The translations under genes and the position numbers were made by a program. This document shows positions 10,573-20,722 of a stretch of DNA of 64,000 nt, piece by piece. The stretch spans positions 11,229-75,228 of the forward strand of contig JAEKLQ010000032.1 in the NCBI GenBank assembly GCA_019509785.1, in the 5' to 3' direction. How positions within the stretch are numbered: position 1 is the stretch's first letter; every line of letters begins with the position of its first letter. A model generated the notes under the pieces. That model was not told the origin of the DNA. It ran no database searches and worked only from the letters and a program-made list of their open reading frames with translations. The DNA is from Fibrobacterota bacterium (GTDB lineage Bacteria > Fibrobacterota > Fibrobacteria > UBA11236).

Positions 10573-11559
10573 ATGAGACGACAAGCTCCGATTCCCCTCG
10601 GTGCGGCGGCGGAATCGGATAGATCCCCGGGCCTTCCGGCATGGCCCGATGCATGGCACGTGGTGGTGCGAAGCGCGGACCTACCCCCGGGAAAAGTCCG
10701 GAGCCTTCCCCTCGCGGGACGGGAGCTGGTGGTCTTCCGTACCGCGGCCGGTTCCCTCGGCGCCTTGGATGCCCATTGCCCCCATATGGGCGCCCATCTC
10801 GGCTGCGCCGCCGTGCAAGGCGGAAGCCTGGTATGTCCGCTCCATGGCTTCGCATTGGATCCCTCCGGCGAAGTTCGCGCGCCCGGCGAACTAGGCGGCG
10901 GCTCGCGTCCAGGCACCCGCGCATATCCGGTGACGGAAGCTTTTGGCCTCGTCTTCGTCCATCCGGGCGGGGACGTTTCGCCGGCAAGACCGCCTCCGCA
11001 ACCTGCCGCGGGCATGCGATGGCTGGCCGGGAGACCGCTTCGCTTGCGCGCCGACTGGCGCCACGTGGTGGTCAATGCCTTCGACCTCCTGCATATGCGC
11101 TCGGTCCATGGCCGCGCCTTGACGGGCCCGGCCCGCATCGAGTCGAAGGACGGCGCCTTGGCCATGAGCTATGAAAGCGGGGTATTGCCGCTGTCCGGGA
11201 CGGCAGGGTATATCACGCGAAGATTGTCGCGGAACCGGATCAAGGTCATGCAAACGTGCTACGGCCCATGGCTCATGGTCGAAAGCACGGTGGGGCCCAT
11301 CCGGACTTGCGCCGTGTTCGGCCTCTTGCAGGAAGGCGAATACCTGCGGGTCTTCAATGCCTTCGGAACCGCCCGCCGCGACCCCCTGGCCCGCTGGGGG
11401 CTCCACCTCATCCGCCTCTTCTACTATGCCTTTCTCCGGAAAGACTTCGCCATCCTGGAAGGCATGCGTCTGCGGTTCGCGCATCCGGAAGACGAAGGCG
11501 TAGCTGCCATAACGGCCTATCTGGAATCCTTCCGCGACCTGGAGCCTTCCGAAGGATGA
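10573..11559 (+). CDS. Rieske non-heme iron oxygenase
   Basis: CPH...CPLH Rieske motif plus NAFDLLHMRSVH mononuclear iron motif. Confidence 0.88.
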   Translation: MRRQAPIPLGAAAESDRSPGLPAWPDAWHVVVRSADLPPGKVRSLPLAGRELVVFRTAAGSLGALDAHCPHMGAHLGCAAVQGGSLVCPLHGFALDPSGEVRAPGELGGGSRPGTRAYPVTEAFGLVFVHPGGDVSPARPPPQPAAGMRWLAGRPLRLRADWRHVVVNAFDLLHMRSVHGRALTGPARIESKDGALAMSYESGVLPLSGTAGYITRRLSRNRIKVMQTCYGPWLMVESTVGPIRTCAVFGLLQEGEYLRVFNAFGTARRDPLARWGLHLIRLFYYAFLRKDFAILEGMRLRFAHPEDEGVAAITAYLESFRDLEPSEG

Positions 11560-13439
11560 TGGTCGCCCGGAGGAAGGCCGGCATGGATGGCATGGATGGT
11601 CTGCAACGGCCGGAGAAACTTAATCTCCTCCTCATATCGTCTGCCTCGGTCGCGAGCGCCGCATGCCTATGGATGGCTTCCCATGCGCGTGGGTGGATAC
11701 CGATGCTCTTGGCCGCGTGGATCTTCTCTTTCACGGCCAATACCTTGTTCTCCTTGCTCCATGAAGCGGTCCACGGATCGTTCTCCGCGCGGCGGCCGCT
11801 CAACGAATGGGCCGGCAGGGCGGCCTCGGCCTGGTTCCCGACGGGCCTTTCGGTGCAAAGGGCCTTCCACTTGACCCATCACCGGTTCAACCGGTCCCGC
11901 TTCGAGCAATTCGATGTCCTGCATCCGGGGGACAAGGTGTGGCTGAAATACGCCCAATGGTATTCCATTTATACCGGCCTCTATTGGGCCTTCGCCGTTG
12001 CCGCGGCGGCCCTGTTCACCTTGGCGCCGGGATCCCATCGTTGGCGGGTCTTGCGCGATCGTAAAGATCCCGATGCGGCGCAAACCGGATCCGCCGTCTA
12101 CGCCGAAGCCTTGGAAGGAGCGCCCCCGGTCAAGGCCCGTTCGGAAGTCTTGCTCTCCTTCGCCTTCCAGGTATTTCTCTTCTGGTCCCTGGGGCTCTCG
12201 CTCCGGGGTTGGGCCGCATGCTATGGCGCCTTCGCGTTGCAATGGAGCTGGCTGCAATACACCGATCATGCCTTTTCCCCGCTGGATGCCAAACGTGGCG
12301 CGTGGAATTTGCGCGTCGGTCCCTTAGGCAGGGCCTTCTTCCTCGACTACCACCTCCATCTCGCCCATCATCAGCATCCGCAAGCCCCGTGGAACCGCCT
12401 CCGCCACCTGATCGATGGCGCAACCCCGCGGCCTTCCTTTTTCCAAGTGTTCCGCGCGGCAATTGCGGGTCCTCGTAGGGAGGGGGAGTTCCCGGACTTC
12501 GCAGCGGCGCGTGGCCCGGGGTTCCTCGTCATCGCGGAAGCGGAAGCGATGTGCCTCGCGGACTTTTTCCGTTTCGGCCTAAGGCATGTCCGCTATTGGG
12601 GCATAGCCGCGGTGATCTTGTTGGACAGCATGCGGAGTTGGCGATCGCGGCGTGCCTTGCGTCTGGGCTTCGCCTTCCTGCAGCGGATAGATGATTTGCT
12701 CGACGGCCATCGGCCCGCGCCGCGCGAGCCCCTGCATATCGCGCGGAGCCTGGCGACGGCCCTCTGCGGAGGGGCGGGGGACGATCGGGATGCGGCCTTG
12801 ATCCGCATGGCGCGCCTCCTCGCCGCCGACTTGGGCGCGCTCGCGGGCGAGGAAGGTCCGTGCAAGCTGGCGGAAATCCTGAACGTGATGTCCTTGGATC
12901 GCCAACGGGTCATGGAGGGCGCGATTTGGGATAGCGAGGAATTGCAACGGCATTTCCGGAGCACCTTCCGTTTATCCCTGGATCTCCTGCTTATGGCGCG
13001 GGGGTCGGATCTGCGCTCCGCTGATCTGCCGGACCTGGCGGATGCGCTGGCATGGTGTTCGGTGGCCAGGGATCTGCGGGAAGACTTGCGCGGCGGCTTG
13101 ATTAATATTCCTCGCGAGGTGCTGGAGGTCGGCAGGGAGGGCCGGACCGGGCCTTTCGGAGAGACGACCGCGGATGATGCCAATGTGAAGGCGTGGCTCG
13201 CGGAAGAGCATGCCCGGGCCTCGGGCTTGTTGGATCGTCTGGAAGGGAACCTGGCGCTTCTGGATGCGCGTTGCCGGAATTCCGATCGCGGCCGGGGGCT
13301 TCTGCCGCTCAGCATGTTCACGCGATCCCTCCGGGATTTCCATCGCCGGCGTTTTCCGCGCCTGTACCGCTCTTCACGGATTCCGGCGATCGCTCCGAGC
13401 CCTGCGACCGTGCCGCAACCGGCCGCAGCCAGGGCATAG
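11556..13439 (+). CDS. Fatty acid desaturase fused to squalene/phytoene synthase-like (isoprenoid synthase fold) domain
   Basis: His boxes HEAVH, HLTHH and HLAHH with TM segments, then IDDLLD (DDxxD) and RDLREDLRGGLINIP in one uninterrupted frame. ATGA overlap with the upstream gene. Confidence 0.78.
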   Translation: MMVARRKAGMDGMDGLQRPEKLNLLLISSASVASAACLWMASHARGWIPMLLAAWIFSFTANTLFSLLHEAVHGSFSARRPLNEWAGRAASAWFPTGLSVQRAFHLTHHRFNRSRFEQFDVLHPGDKVWLKYAQWYSIYTGLYWAFAVAAAALFTLAPGSHRWRVLRDRKDPDAAQTGSAVYAEALEGAPPVKARSEVLLSFAFQVFLFWSLGLSLRGWAACYGAFALQWSWLQYTDHAFSPLDAKRGAWNLRVGPLGRAFFLDYHLHLAHHQHPQAPWNRLRHLIDGATPRPSFFQVFRAAIAGPRREGEFPDFAAARGPGFLVIAEAEAMCLADFFRFGLRHVRYWGIAAVILLDSMRSWRSRRALRLGFAFLQRIDDLLDGHRPAPREPLHIARSLATALCGGAGDDRDAALIRMARLLAADLGALAGEEGPCKLAEILNVMSLDRQRVMEGAIWDSEELQRHFRSTFRLSLDLLLMARGSDLRSADLPDLADALAWCSVARDLREDLRGGLINIPREVLEVGREGRTGPFGETTADDANVKAWLAEEHARASGLLDRLEGNLALLDARCRNSDRGRGLLPLSMFTRSLRDFHRRRFPRLYRSSRIPAIAPSPATVPQPAAARA

Positions 13440-13441
13440 CG

Positions 13442-15076
13442 ATGAAGTTCCCCTACCTGGCGAATGCCGCGTGGAGCCTCGCCAGCCGCCCGGAAGCTTT
13501 GGCTTTCGAGCGTGGCCTCCGCGACGTGGAGACGGTCCAGCGGGCGCTCCTGCGGGACCTGCTGGCGCGCAACCGTGACAGCGGATACGGAAAGGAGCAC
13601 GGCTTTTCCACCCTCGTCCATGCCGAGGCCTATCGCGACCGGGTACCCGTGGCGGATTATGACGACATGGAACCCTGGATCCGCCGGGCCGCCCGGGGCG
13701 AGAAGGCCCTGACGGCGGAGAGCGTTCTGGTGCTCGAACCGACCGGGGGCAGCCAGGGCGGCAGCAAATGGATCCCCTATACCGCATCGCTCCGCAAGGA
13801 ATTCCGGCGGGGCCTGGCCCCCTGGATCCATAGCATGTTCCGTCGTTTCCCGGCGGCGATGCGCGGCACCGCCTATTGGTCGCTTTCGCCGCCCCTGCAA
13901 CGCGAACCGGGCTTCGAGTATTCGGTAAAGGCCGGCTTCGAAAGCGATGCGGATTACCTGGGGCCCCTCGGGCGCATCCTGGAAAGCCAAGCCTTCGCCG
14001 CGCCGTCCTCGGTGCTGCGGGAAAGGAACGCCGATGCCTTTTTCCATCTCACCGCATCGCACCTGTTGGCGTCGGAGGATCTGGCTCTCATTTCGGTGTG
14101 GAACCCTACCTTTCTCGCCTTGCTGCTCGACCGCATCCGCGCGGATCGGGAAAGCCTGCTGCGCGGCCTCCGCGACGGCGGGAGGGGCGCCCGCGCCCGG
14201 ACGGTCGCAAGGGCATTGGACGGGAGCGAGGACAGGGCCTGGATCGGAATATGGCCCCGCCTCGCCTTGATCAGCTGTTGGCGGGACGGCTGGGCCGCGG
14301 GCCCTGCGGATCGTTTGGCGGAATTTTTCCCCGGAGTCGCCTTCCAGGCCAAAGGCCTCCTGGCCACCGAAGCCCTGGTTTCCTTGCCCTGGCATGTTCC
14401 AGAAACGCTATCGGAAAACGGGAAGGAAGACGGGAGGGAAGACGGGACGTATGGCGCGCCCCTTCACCTTCTCAATTATCGCGGGCACTTTTTCGAATTC
14501 CTCGACGTCGAATCCGGTAAGACCCGTTTCGCCTGGGAGACCAAGGCTGGGGGCGTCTACTCGGTGCTGGTCACGACCGGCGGCGGGCTATACCGGTACC
14601 GGCTGCGCGATCTCGTGCGTATCGAAGGTTTCCGCTCCGCCTGCCCGGCGGTGCGTTTCTTGTCGAAGGAAGAGTCGTTCTCGGATCTGACGGGAGAGAA
14701 ATTGCAATCGGATTTCGTTCAGCATTGCGCGGAGCAGGCGTTAGCCGAGGCCGGGATCGGCACGGTCTTCTATCTGCTGGCGCCGGAGCCGGATGCGACG
14801 CCGCCCCGCTACGCCTTGCACGTCGGGCTGGAAGGGGATTCGCGGGCCAGCGCCCTGGAGGCCCGCCTGGAAGCGGCCTTGGAAGGGAACTTCCAATACG
14901 GCCTTAGCCGCAAGCTCGGGCAATTGGCACCAGTCCGAGTGGTGCCCGCCGGTCCCGGCGCGGAAAGTCGATATTACTACTATAAGGGCTTACGCGCGAA
15001 GTTGGGGGATATCAAGTGGAAGCCGTTGGAAAGCTCAGGCCCCTGGGCGGACATCCTGCGATCGAAACATCCATGA
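13442..15076 (+). CDS. GH3 family acyl-adenylate-forming ligase
   Basis: PVADYDD, EPTGGSQGGSKWIPYT, GLLATE, GLYRYRLRD and GEKL motifs. Confidence 0.88.
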   Translation: MKFPYLANAAWSLASRPEALAFERGLRDVETVQRALLRDLLARNRDSGYGKEHGFSTLVHAEAYRDRVPVADYDDMEPWIRRAARGEKALTAESVLVLEPTGGSQGGSKWIPYTASLRKEFRRGLAPWIHSMFRRFPAAMRGTAYWSLSPPLQREPGFEYSVKAGFESDADYLGPLGRILESQAFAAPSSVLRERNADAFFHLTASHLLASEDLALISVWNPTFLALLLDRIRADRESLLRGLRDGGRGARARTVARALDGSEDRAWIGIWPRLALISCWRDGWAAGPADRLAEFFPGVAFQAKGLLATEALVSLPWHVPETLSENGKEDGREDGTYGAPLHLLNYRGHFFEFLDVESGKTRFAWETKAGGVYSVLVTTGGGLYRYRLRDLVRIEGFRSACPAVRFLSKEESFSDLTGEKLQSDFVQHCAEQALAEAGIGTVFYLLAPEPDATPPRYALHVGLEGDSRASALEARLEAALEGNFQYGLSRKLGQLAPVRVVPAGPGAESRYYYYKGLRAKLGDIKWKPLESSGPWADILRSKHP

Positions 15077-16083
15077 TACCCCTGCCTACCATGGCCACCG
15101 CGCCGACGGCCCAGGAAAAGATCCGCGGCATCCGCGAGGATCTTGCCTTCGGATGCGAAGCCCGCCTTCGGGATCTGCATGCCCTGGACGCGCGCCTGCA
15201 CGCGCGCTACGCCCTCTTCCCGGCCTTGCTCGCGGCGGGACTTCTGCTTTCCGCATCGGCCCTGCGCGGGCTGGAGATCGCGTGGCCGCGCTACGCCGCC
15301 GGCGTTCTGCTCGCCGCTCTGGGGATGAACAGCTGCTTTCTCCTTATCCATGAGGCCGTACACGGGATCCTGTTCCGGAACCCGGCCTGGAACCGGCTGG
15401 CGGGCGTCCTGCTTGCGGTCTGCGGCGGCATGGCCTTCAGCGCTTACCGTTTCCTCCACCTCCGCCACCATGAATTCCTGGGCGATCCCAGGGACCCCGA
15501 TGACTACGCCAACTATTCGCGCAGCCCGCGCCTCGTCTGGCTCATGCATTTCGTCCGCTTGGGGCTAGGCACGGTCCTCTACGTCTTCGCCATCCCCGTG
15601 GTTTCCCTGCGCCATGCCCCCGCGGCCGATCGCCGCGCCATCCTCGCGGAATACGCCTTGCTCTCGATCCTCATCCCCGCCGTGCTGTGCCTGGTTTCCC
15701 CCGGCAAGATCCTGGCCGTCTGGGGCGCGCCCTTCCTCCTGGCGAATTGGATGATCAATATCCGGGGCTTCTCCCAGCACGGCATCGCCGAGGCTTCCGA
15801 TCCGTGGCTAGCCAGCCGGTCCACCGTTCCGCATCCCCTGGTGCGGTTCTTCCTCATCAACGAGAACTTCCACCTGGAGCATCATCTTTTCCCCGGCGTA
15901 CCCGGCTATCGCCTCGCGGAATTGCACGTCCTGTTGCGCCCGCATATCCCGCGCCGCTTGCTCTGCCGTTCCTACGCGTCCTTCCTGGCCGCCTTCCTGC
16001 GGCAAGCGCCCCGCATGGACGAACATCCCATCGGCCTTACCTTCCAATCGGTCCAGGGACGCGATGGAGGAAGGTGCCTATGA
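15073..16083 (+). CDS. Membrane fatty acid desaturase family protein
   Basis: HEAVH, HLRHH and HLEHHLFP histidine boxes; ATGA overlap. Confidence 0.9.
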   Translation: MIPLPTMATAPTAQEKIRGIREDLAFGCEARLRDLHALDARLHARYALFPALLAAGLLLSASALRGLEIAWPRYAAGVLLAALGMNSCFLLIHEAVHGILFRNPAWNRLAGVLLAVCGGMAFSAYRFLHLRHHEFLGDPRDPDDYANYSRSPRLVWLMHFVRLGLGTVLYVFAIPVVSLRHAPAADRRAILAEYALLSILIPAVLCLVSPGKILAVWGAPFLLANWMINIRGFSQHGIAEASDPWLASRSTVPHPLVRFFLINENFHLEHHLFPGVPGYRLAELHVLLRPHIPRRLLCRSYASFLAAFLRQAPRMDEHPIGLTFQSVQGRDGGRCL

Positions 16084-17420
16084 TGGCCGGCAAGATCCGC
16101 ATCGCCTTGCTCTCCCCCAAAGGCCCGCTGTACAAGCACAAGACCGGCATCTTCCGCAAGTCCCTGCGGGTGGCGCCCTTGACCTTGACTACCTTGGCTG
16201 CGCTGATCCCGGAAGACGTACCCGCCGAGTTACGCCTGATCGACGAAGGCGTGGACGATATCCCCCTGGATCTGGATGCCGACCTGGTGGGGATGACCGT
16301 CATCACCGGATCCTCCACGCGCGCCTACGAACTCTCCGCACATTTCCGCTCCCGCGGCATCAAGGTGGTGCTGGGCGGTCCCCACGTGACCCTGGTGCCG
16401 GACGAGGCTTCCCGGCACGCCGACAGCATCGTCACCGGCTATGCCGAAGAGACCTGGCCCGAACTGCTGCGGGATTTCAAGCGCGGGAAAATGCGGCCGC
16501 GCTATTCCCAGTCCCCGTCCTTCTCCCTGGCCACCCCAGGCAACCATCCGTTTCCGCATCGGCATCTCCTGCCCAAGTCCATGTACAAGACCCGCAACAC
16601 CTTCGAGGCCACCCGGGGTTGCATCCATGCCTGCGAGTTCTGCGTGGTGCCCACGGCCTGGGGCCGCAAGCCTTTCCACAAGCCCGTGGGCCAAGTGGTA
16701 GAGGATATCCGCCGCACCGGCGCGAAGCACCTCGTTTTTTACGACCTCAACCTCATCGCCGATCCCGAGTACGCCAAGGAACTGTTCCGGGCCCTGATTC
16801 CGCTCAAGGTGCAATGGTTCGGGCTCTCCACCACCTTCGTCAACCGGGATCCGGAGCTGCTGGATCTGACGGCGAAAAGCGGATGCATGGGCTTGCTGGT
16901 GGGCTTCGAGAGCGTGAGCCGCGCTTCCCTGGCGGCGGTCAAGAAGGGCTTCAACAAGCCGGACGACTATCCTGGCTTCATCCGCGAATTGCACGGGCGG
17001 GGCATCGCCCTCATGGGCACCTTCGTATTCGGCTCCGACGGGGATACGCCGGACAGCTTCGCCGAGGTGGTGGACTTCGTGCAGGAGCATAAGATCGACC
17101 TGCCGCGTTATAGCGTTATGACCCCTTTTCCTGGTACACCGTTGCATACGCGCCTGGAAGCGTCGGGCCGCATCCTCACCAAGGATTGGAGCCAATACGA
17201 CGGCCAGCACGTGGTGTTCCAACCCAAGCAAATGACCGCCAAGCGATTGCAAGAAGGCCATGAATGGGCCTGGAAGCGAACTTACAGCCTCAAGCACGTG
17301 GCGGGTCGCATGCTGCGCATCATGCCCCATTGGCCCCTCATCCTCACGGCCAATTTCGGCTATCGGTTCTACGCCCACAACCTGGGCCGCTTCTATACTT
17401 GCCAAGGCGGGCTGGTATGA
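16080..17420 (+). CDS. B12-binding domain radical SAM protein
   Basis: N-terminal cobalamin-binding-like domain (VVLGGPH); TRGCIHACEFC (CxxxCxxC); GFES; TPFPGT. Confidence 0.93.
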   Translation: MMAGKIRIALLSPKGPLYKHKTGIFRKSLRVAPLTLTTLAALIPEDVPAELRLIDEGVDDIPLDLDADLVGMTVITGSSTRAYELSAHFRSRGIKVVLGGPHVTLVPDEASRHADSIVTGYAEETWPELLRDFKRGKMRPRYSQSPSFSLATPGNHPFPHRHLLPKSMYKTRNTFEATRGCIHACEFCVVPTAWGRKPFHKPVGQVVEDIRRTGAKHLVFYDLNLIADPEYAKELFRALIPLKVQWFGLSTTFVNRDPELLDLTAKSGCMGLLVGFESVSRASLAAVKKGFNKPDDYPGFIRELHGRGIALMGTFVFGSDGDTPDSFAEVVDFVQEHKIDLPRYSVMTPFPGTPLHTRLEASGRILTKDWSQYDGQHVVFQPKQMTAKRLQEGHEWAWKRTYSLKHVAGRMLRIMPHWPLILTANFGYRFYAHNLGRFYTCQGGLV

Positions 17421-18838
17421 ACAAGATCCGCCTTACCATCGTCCACCCGTGCATCGGCCGCAAGCCCGGGGTGGAGTATATCCGCTCTTGGCAGATGGAG
17501 CCCCTGCCCGCGGCCTATCTGGCGGCCCTGGCGGCGCCGTACGCGGACATCTCGTTCCATGACGATCGTATGGAAGCGATCCCTTACGACGAGCCCGCGG
17601 ACCTGGTGGCTATCAGCGTGGAGACTTATACCGCCAAACGGGCCTACCAGATCGCCACCGAGTATCGCAAACGCGGCGTGCCAGTGGTGATGGGCGGCTT
17701 CCATGCCACCCTCATCCCCGAAGAGGTGATGGAATACGCCGAGGCCATCGTGATCGGCGAAGGCGAGCAGCTTTTCCCCAGGCTCCTGGAAGACTTCCGG
17801 GCAGGCCGGATGAAACGCGTGTATCGCGCCGAAGGGAGATCCGAGATCGGATCCATCCGTCCCGACCGTTCCATCTTCGCGGGCAAACGATATCTCAAGA
17901 TCGGGCTGGTGGAGGCGGCCCGGGGTTGCCATTTCAAGTGCGACTTCTGCGCCATCACCACCTACTTCGGCGCCACCCAGAGCCGCCGCCCCATCGACAA
18001 CGTGATCGCGGAGATCCGATCCATCAAGGACGGCCGCAAGCTCTTCTTCTTCGTGGACGACAACATCGTCTCGCATCCCAAGTGGGCCAAGGAGTTCTAC
18101 CGGGCCCTCATCCCCCTGAAGATCCGCTGGGTAAGCCAGGCCACCCTGACCATGGCCCAGGACAACGAGTTGATGGATCTGATGAAGCGGAGCGGCTGCC
18201 AAGGCGTGCTCATCGGCTTCGAGACCCTGGACCCTGCGAACCTGAAGGCCATGAACAAGCGCTTCAACGAAGTGAAAGGCGGCTTCCCCGCCGTCATCTC
18301 CAAGCTGAACCGCCACGGGCTCCGCCTCTACGCCACCTTCATCTTCGGCTACGACGCCGACACGCCCGAAAGCTTCGCGCGCACCGTGGCCTTCTGCAAG
18401 GAGCAGAACATCTTCATGGTCGCCTTCAACCATATCACCCCTTTTCCTGGTACGCAGTTGTACAAGCGCCTGGAAAAGGAAGGCCGGCTTCTCTACGGCA
18501 AGTGGTGGCTGGACGACCGCTACCAATACGGACAGGTGCCATTCAAGACCGTCCTGCCGCCGGAACTGATCCAGGAAGAATGCGTCAAGGCCCGCAAGAG
18601 CTTCTACAGCCTCGGCTCCATCCTGAAGCGCCTCCGCAACCGGGCCAATACCGGCAGCCTGTTCATGTTGCGCTCCTATTTCTTCATCAACTTCCTCCTG
18701 GGCAAGGAAGCCTCCCAGCGGGAGAACTATCCCTTGGGAGATGCCTCCTGGCGCGGGACCATCCTCAAGGCGGACGAGGACAGCCTGCGGCGCGCGGGCG
18801 TGATTCCTGAGATTCCCGCCATGCAGGCCGCGGAATGA
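17417..18838 (+). CDS. B12-binding domain radical SAM protein (paralog)
   Basis: VVMGGFH; ARGCHFKCDFC; FVDDN; GFET; TPFPGT. Confidence 0.93.
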   Translation: MNKIRLTIVHPCIGRKPGVEYIRSWQMEPLPAAYLAALAAPYADISFHDDRMEAIPYDEPADLVAISVETYTAKRAYQIATEYRKRGVPVVMGGFHATLIPEEVMEYAEAIVIGEGEQLFPRLLEDFRAGRMKRVYRAEGRSEIGSIRPDRSIFAGKRYLKIGLVEAARGCHFKCDFCAITTYFGATQSRRPIDNVIAEIRSIKDGRKLFFFVDDNIVSHPKWAKEFYRALIPLKIRWVSQATLTMAQDNELMDLMKRSGCQGVLIGFETLDPANLKAMNKRFNEVKGGFPAVISKLNRHGLRLYATFIFGYDADTPESFARTVAFCKEQNIFMVAFNHITPFPGTQLYKRLEKEGRLLYGKWWLDDRYQYGQVPFKTVLPPELIQEECVKARKSFYSLGSILKRLRNRANTGSLFMLRSYFFINFLLGKEASQRENYPLGDASWRGTILKADEDSLRRAGVIPEIPAMQAAE

Positions 18839-19977
18839 AACAGGTAGGAAAGGCCATCGACTCCGTTCCGGTCCTCGACCTCCACACCGTACGGGAAGCC
18901 GTTCCCGGGGACGACGCTTCCATCCGCGCCTTGTTGCGGCGTTCCCCCATGCCCGGGGATATCCGCATGGCCTTTACCCGGGAGCCCTCTTTCTTCGCGA
19001 GCCTCGAGGTTGAGGGGAAGGCGGGCCGGGCCGCCGTCGCCGAGGCCCTGGACGGCGCTATACGGGGGCTTATCGTGCGCAACGAGAAGGAAGCCTGGGT
19101 GAACGGAAACCCCATGCCCCTAGGCTACCTGAGCGGCCTACGCGTGGAGCCGATCCCGGATCGGGTGGTCGTCCTCCGGCGAGGCGCCGATTTCATCCGG
19201 CGCTGCCATGGGGAAGGCCGCGCGCGCATCTATCTCCAGACCGTCACCGAAGGGAATCGCAAGGCCGCGGCCCTGCTCTCCGCCGGGCGCCTCGGCATGC
19301 CCCGCCTCAAGGATCTGGGCGGCCTGCATACCTTCCTGCTGTCCCCTTCCGTATCACGCAAGTTACCGAACCTTCTCGGTTACGAAGTGCGGGCCGCCTC
19401 CCGGAACGATATCCCGGAGGTGATCGCTTTCCTTGGGGGCGAAGGGGCCCGCCAATTCTTCCCTTGCTACCGACCGGAGGATTTCGGCCCCCGGGGCGGA
19501 CTTCTCAAGGGCCTTTCCGCCGGCGACGTGCTCCTTCTGACCCGGGACGGCAGGCTGGCAGGAACTTTAGGCCTTTGGGACCAGGAGCCCTGCAAGCAAA
19601 GTTTCATCGCCGGCTACGGCCCCGCTCTCAATCGCATGCGGCCCTTCTATAATCTGCTGGCCCGCTTCCGGTCCCGTCCCGGCCTGCCCGCGGCCGGCGC
19701 AACCGTGCGGCATCTCAAGGCCGCCTTGCTCCGGATCGAGGGGGATGATGCCGGAGCTTTCGCCGTCCTCCTGAAGCATGCGTTGTGGAAGGCGCGCGAA
19801 CGGTCTTTGCCCTTGGCCATCATGGTCCACGAGCGCGATCCCTTCCTGCCCGTCCTGCGCGCCTTGCCTTCGGTGGCCTATGCCAGCCGCCTCTTCGCGG
19901 CTTATTTCGAGGATGGCCGGGAACTGGCGGAATCCCTGGACGGCCTCGTGCCGTACGTGGAATTGGGGGCGCTTTAG
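18835..19977 (+). CDS. Hypothetical protein, probable tandem GNAT-like fold
   Basis: ATGA-coupled; VREA..DD start and LGYLSGLRV GNAT-like strand; second VRAASRND repeat. Confidence 0.6.
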   Translation: MKQVGKAIDSVPVLDLHTVREAVPGDDASIRALLRRSPMPGDIRMAFTREPSFFASLEVEGKAGRAAVAEALDGAIRGLIVRNEKEAWVNGNPMPLGYLSGLRVEPIPDRVVVLRRGADFIRRCHGEGRARIYLQTVTEGNRKAAALLSAGRLGMPRLKDLGGLHTFLLSPSVSRKLPNLLGYEVRAASRNDIPEVIAFLGGEGARQFFPCYRPEDFGPRGGLLKGLSAGDVLLLTRDGRLAGTLGLWDQEPCKQSFIAGYGPALNRMRPFYNLLARFRSRPGLPAAGATVRHLKAALLRIEGDDAGAFAVLLKHALWKARERSLPLAIMVHERDPFLPVLRALPSVAYASRLFAAYFEDGRELAESLDGLVPYVELGAL

Positions 19978-19978
19978 C

Positions 19979-20722
19979 ATGGCTCTCCGCGGCGAAACCG
20001 TCCCGGTGGAACAACTCCAGACCGAGGAAATCCGGCGCATGTTCCTGCTCCTGGACCGGCACTACGCCAACGCCAGTTGGGAAGGATTCCGGGAGGACCT
20101 GGCGGAGAAGACCTGGGTGATCCTCCTCAAGGACGGGGATGAGTTGGCCGGATTCTCCACCCAGCTTCTGATGGAGACGCGCTTCGAGGGAGAACTACTT
20201 TCCGTGGTCTTTTCCGGCGATACCATCATCGATCCCGCCCACTGGGGATCGCCGGAGCTGCAAACCAGCTTCGCGGCCCTATTGGATCGCCTCCACCGGG
20301 GGAGGCCGGATCGCAGGCTGTTCTGGTTCCTCATCTCCAAGGGCTTCCGTACCTATCGCATCCTGCCCATCTATTTCCTGGACTTCCACCCTCGCCATGA
20401 CGTCCCCGTTCCGCCCTGGCACCGCCGCTTGCTCGATCACCTGGCGCAGACGAAGTTCCCGGCAGCCTATCGGCCCGAGCGGGGCATCTTGGATTTCAAC
20501 GGGCATTCCCAATACCTGCGCCCGCCGCTGAGCGTCATCCCGGAAGCGCGCATCATGGCCAATCCCCATATCCGTTTCTTCGCCGAGGCCAACCCGGGAT
20601 GGGCCCGGGGCGACGAATTGGCCTGCTTGGCGGAATACGCCCCGCATAATCTCACGCCGTACCTGAGGCGGCGTCTGCCTTCCATGCGCCGGAACCAGCC
20701 GGCCGCGCTTCAGGAAGGATAA
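19979..20722 (+). CDS. Hypothetical protein, GNAT-like
   Basis: LAGFST and FSGDTIIDPAHWGS resemble the GNAT acyl-CoA-binding region; start 1 nt after the upstream stop. Confidence 0.6.
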   Translation: MALRGETVPVEQLQTEEIRRMFLLLDRHYANASWEGFREDLAEKTWVILLKDGDELAGFSTQLLMETRFEGELLSVVFSGDTIIDPAHWGSPELQTSFAALLDRLHRGRPDRRLFWFLISKGFRTYRILPIYFLDFHPRHDVPVPPWHRRLLDHLAQTKFPAAYRPERGILDFNGHSQYLRPPLSVIPEARIMANPHIRFFAEANPGWARGDELACLAEYAPHNLTPYLRRRLPSMRRNQPAALQEG

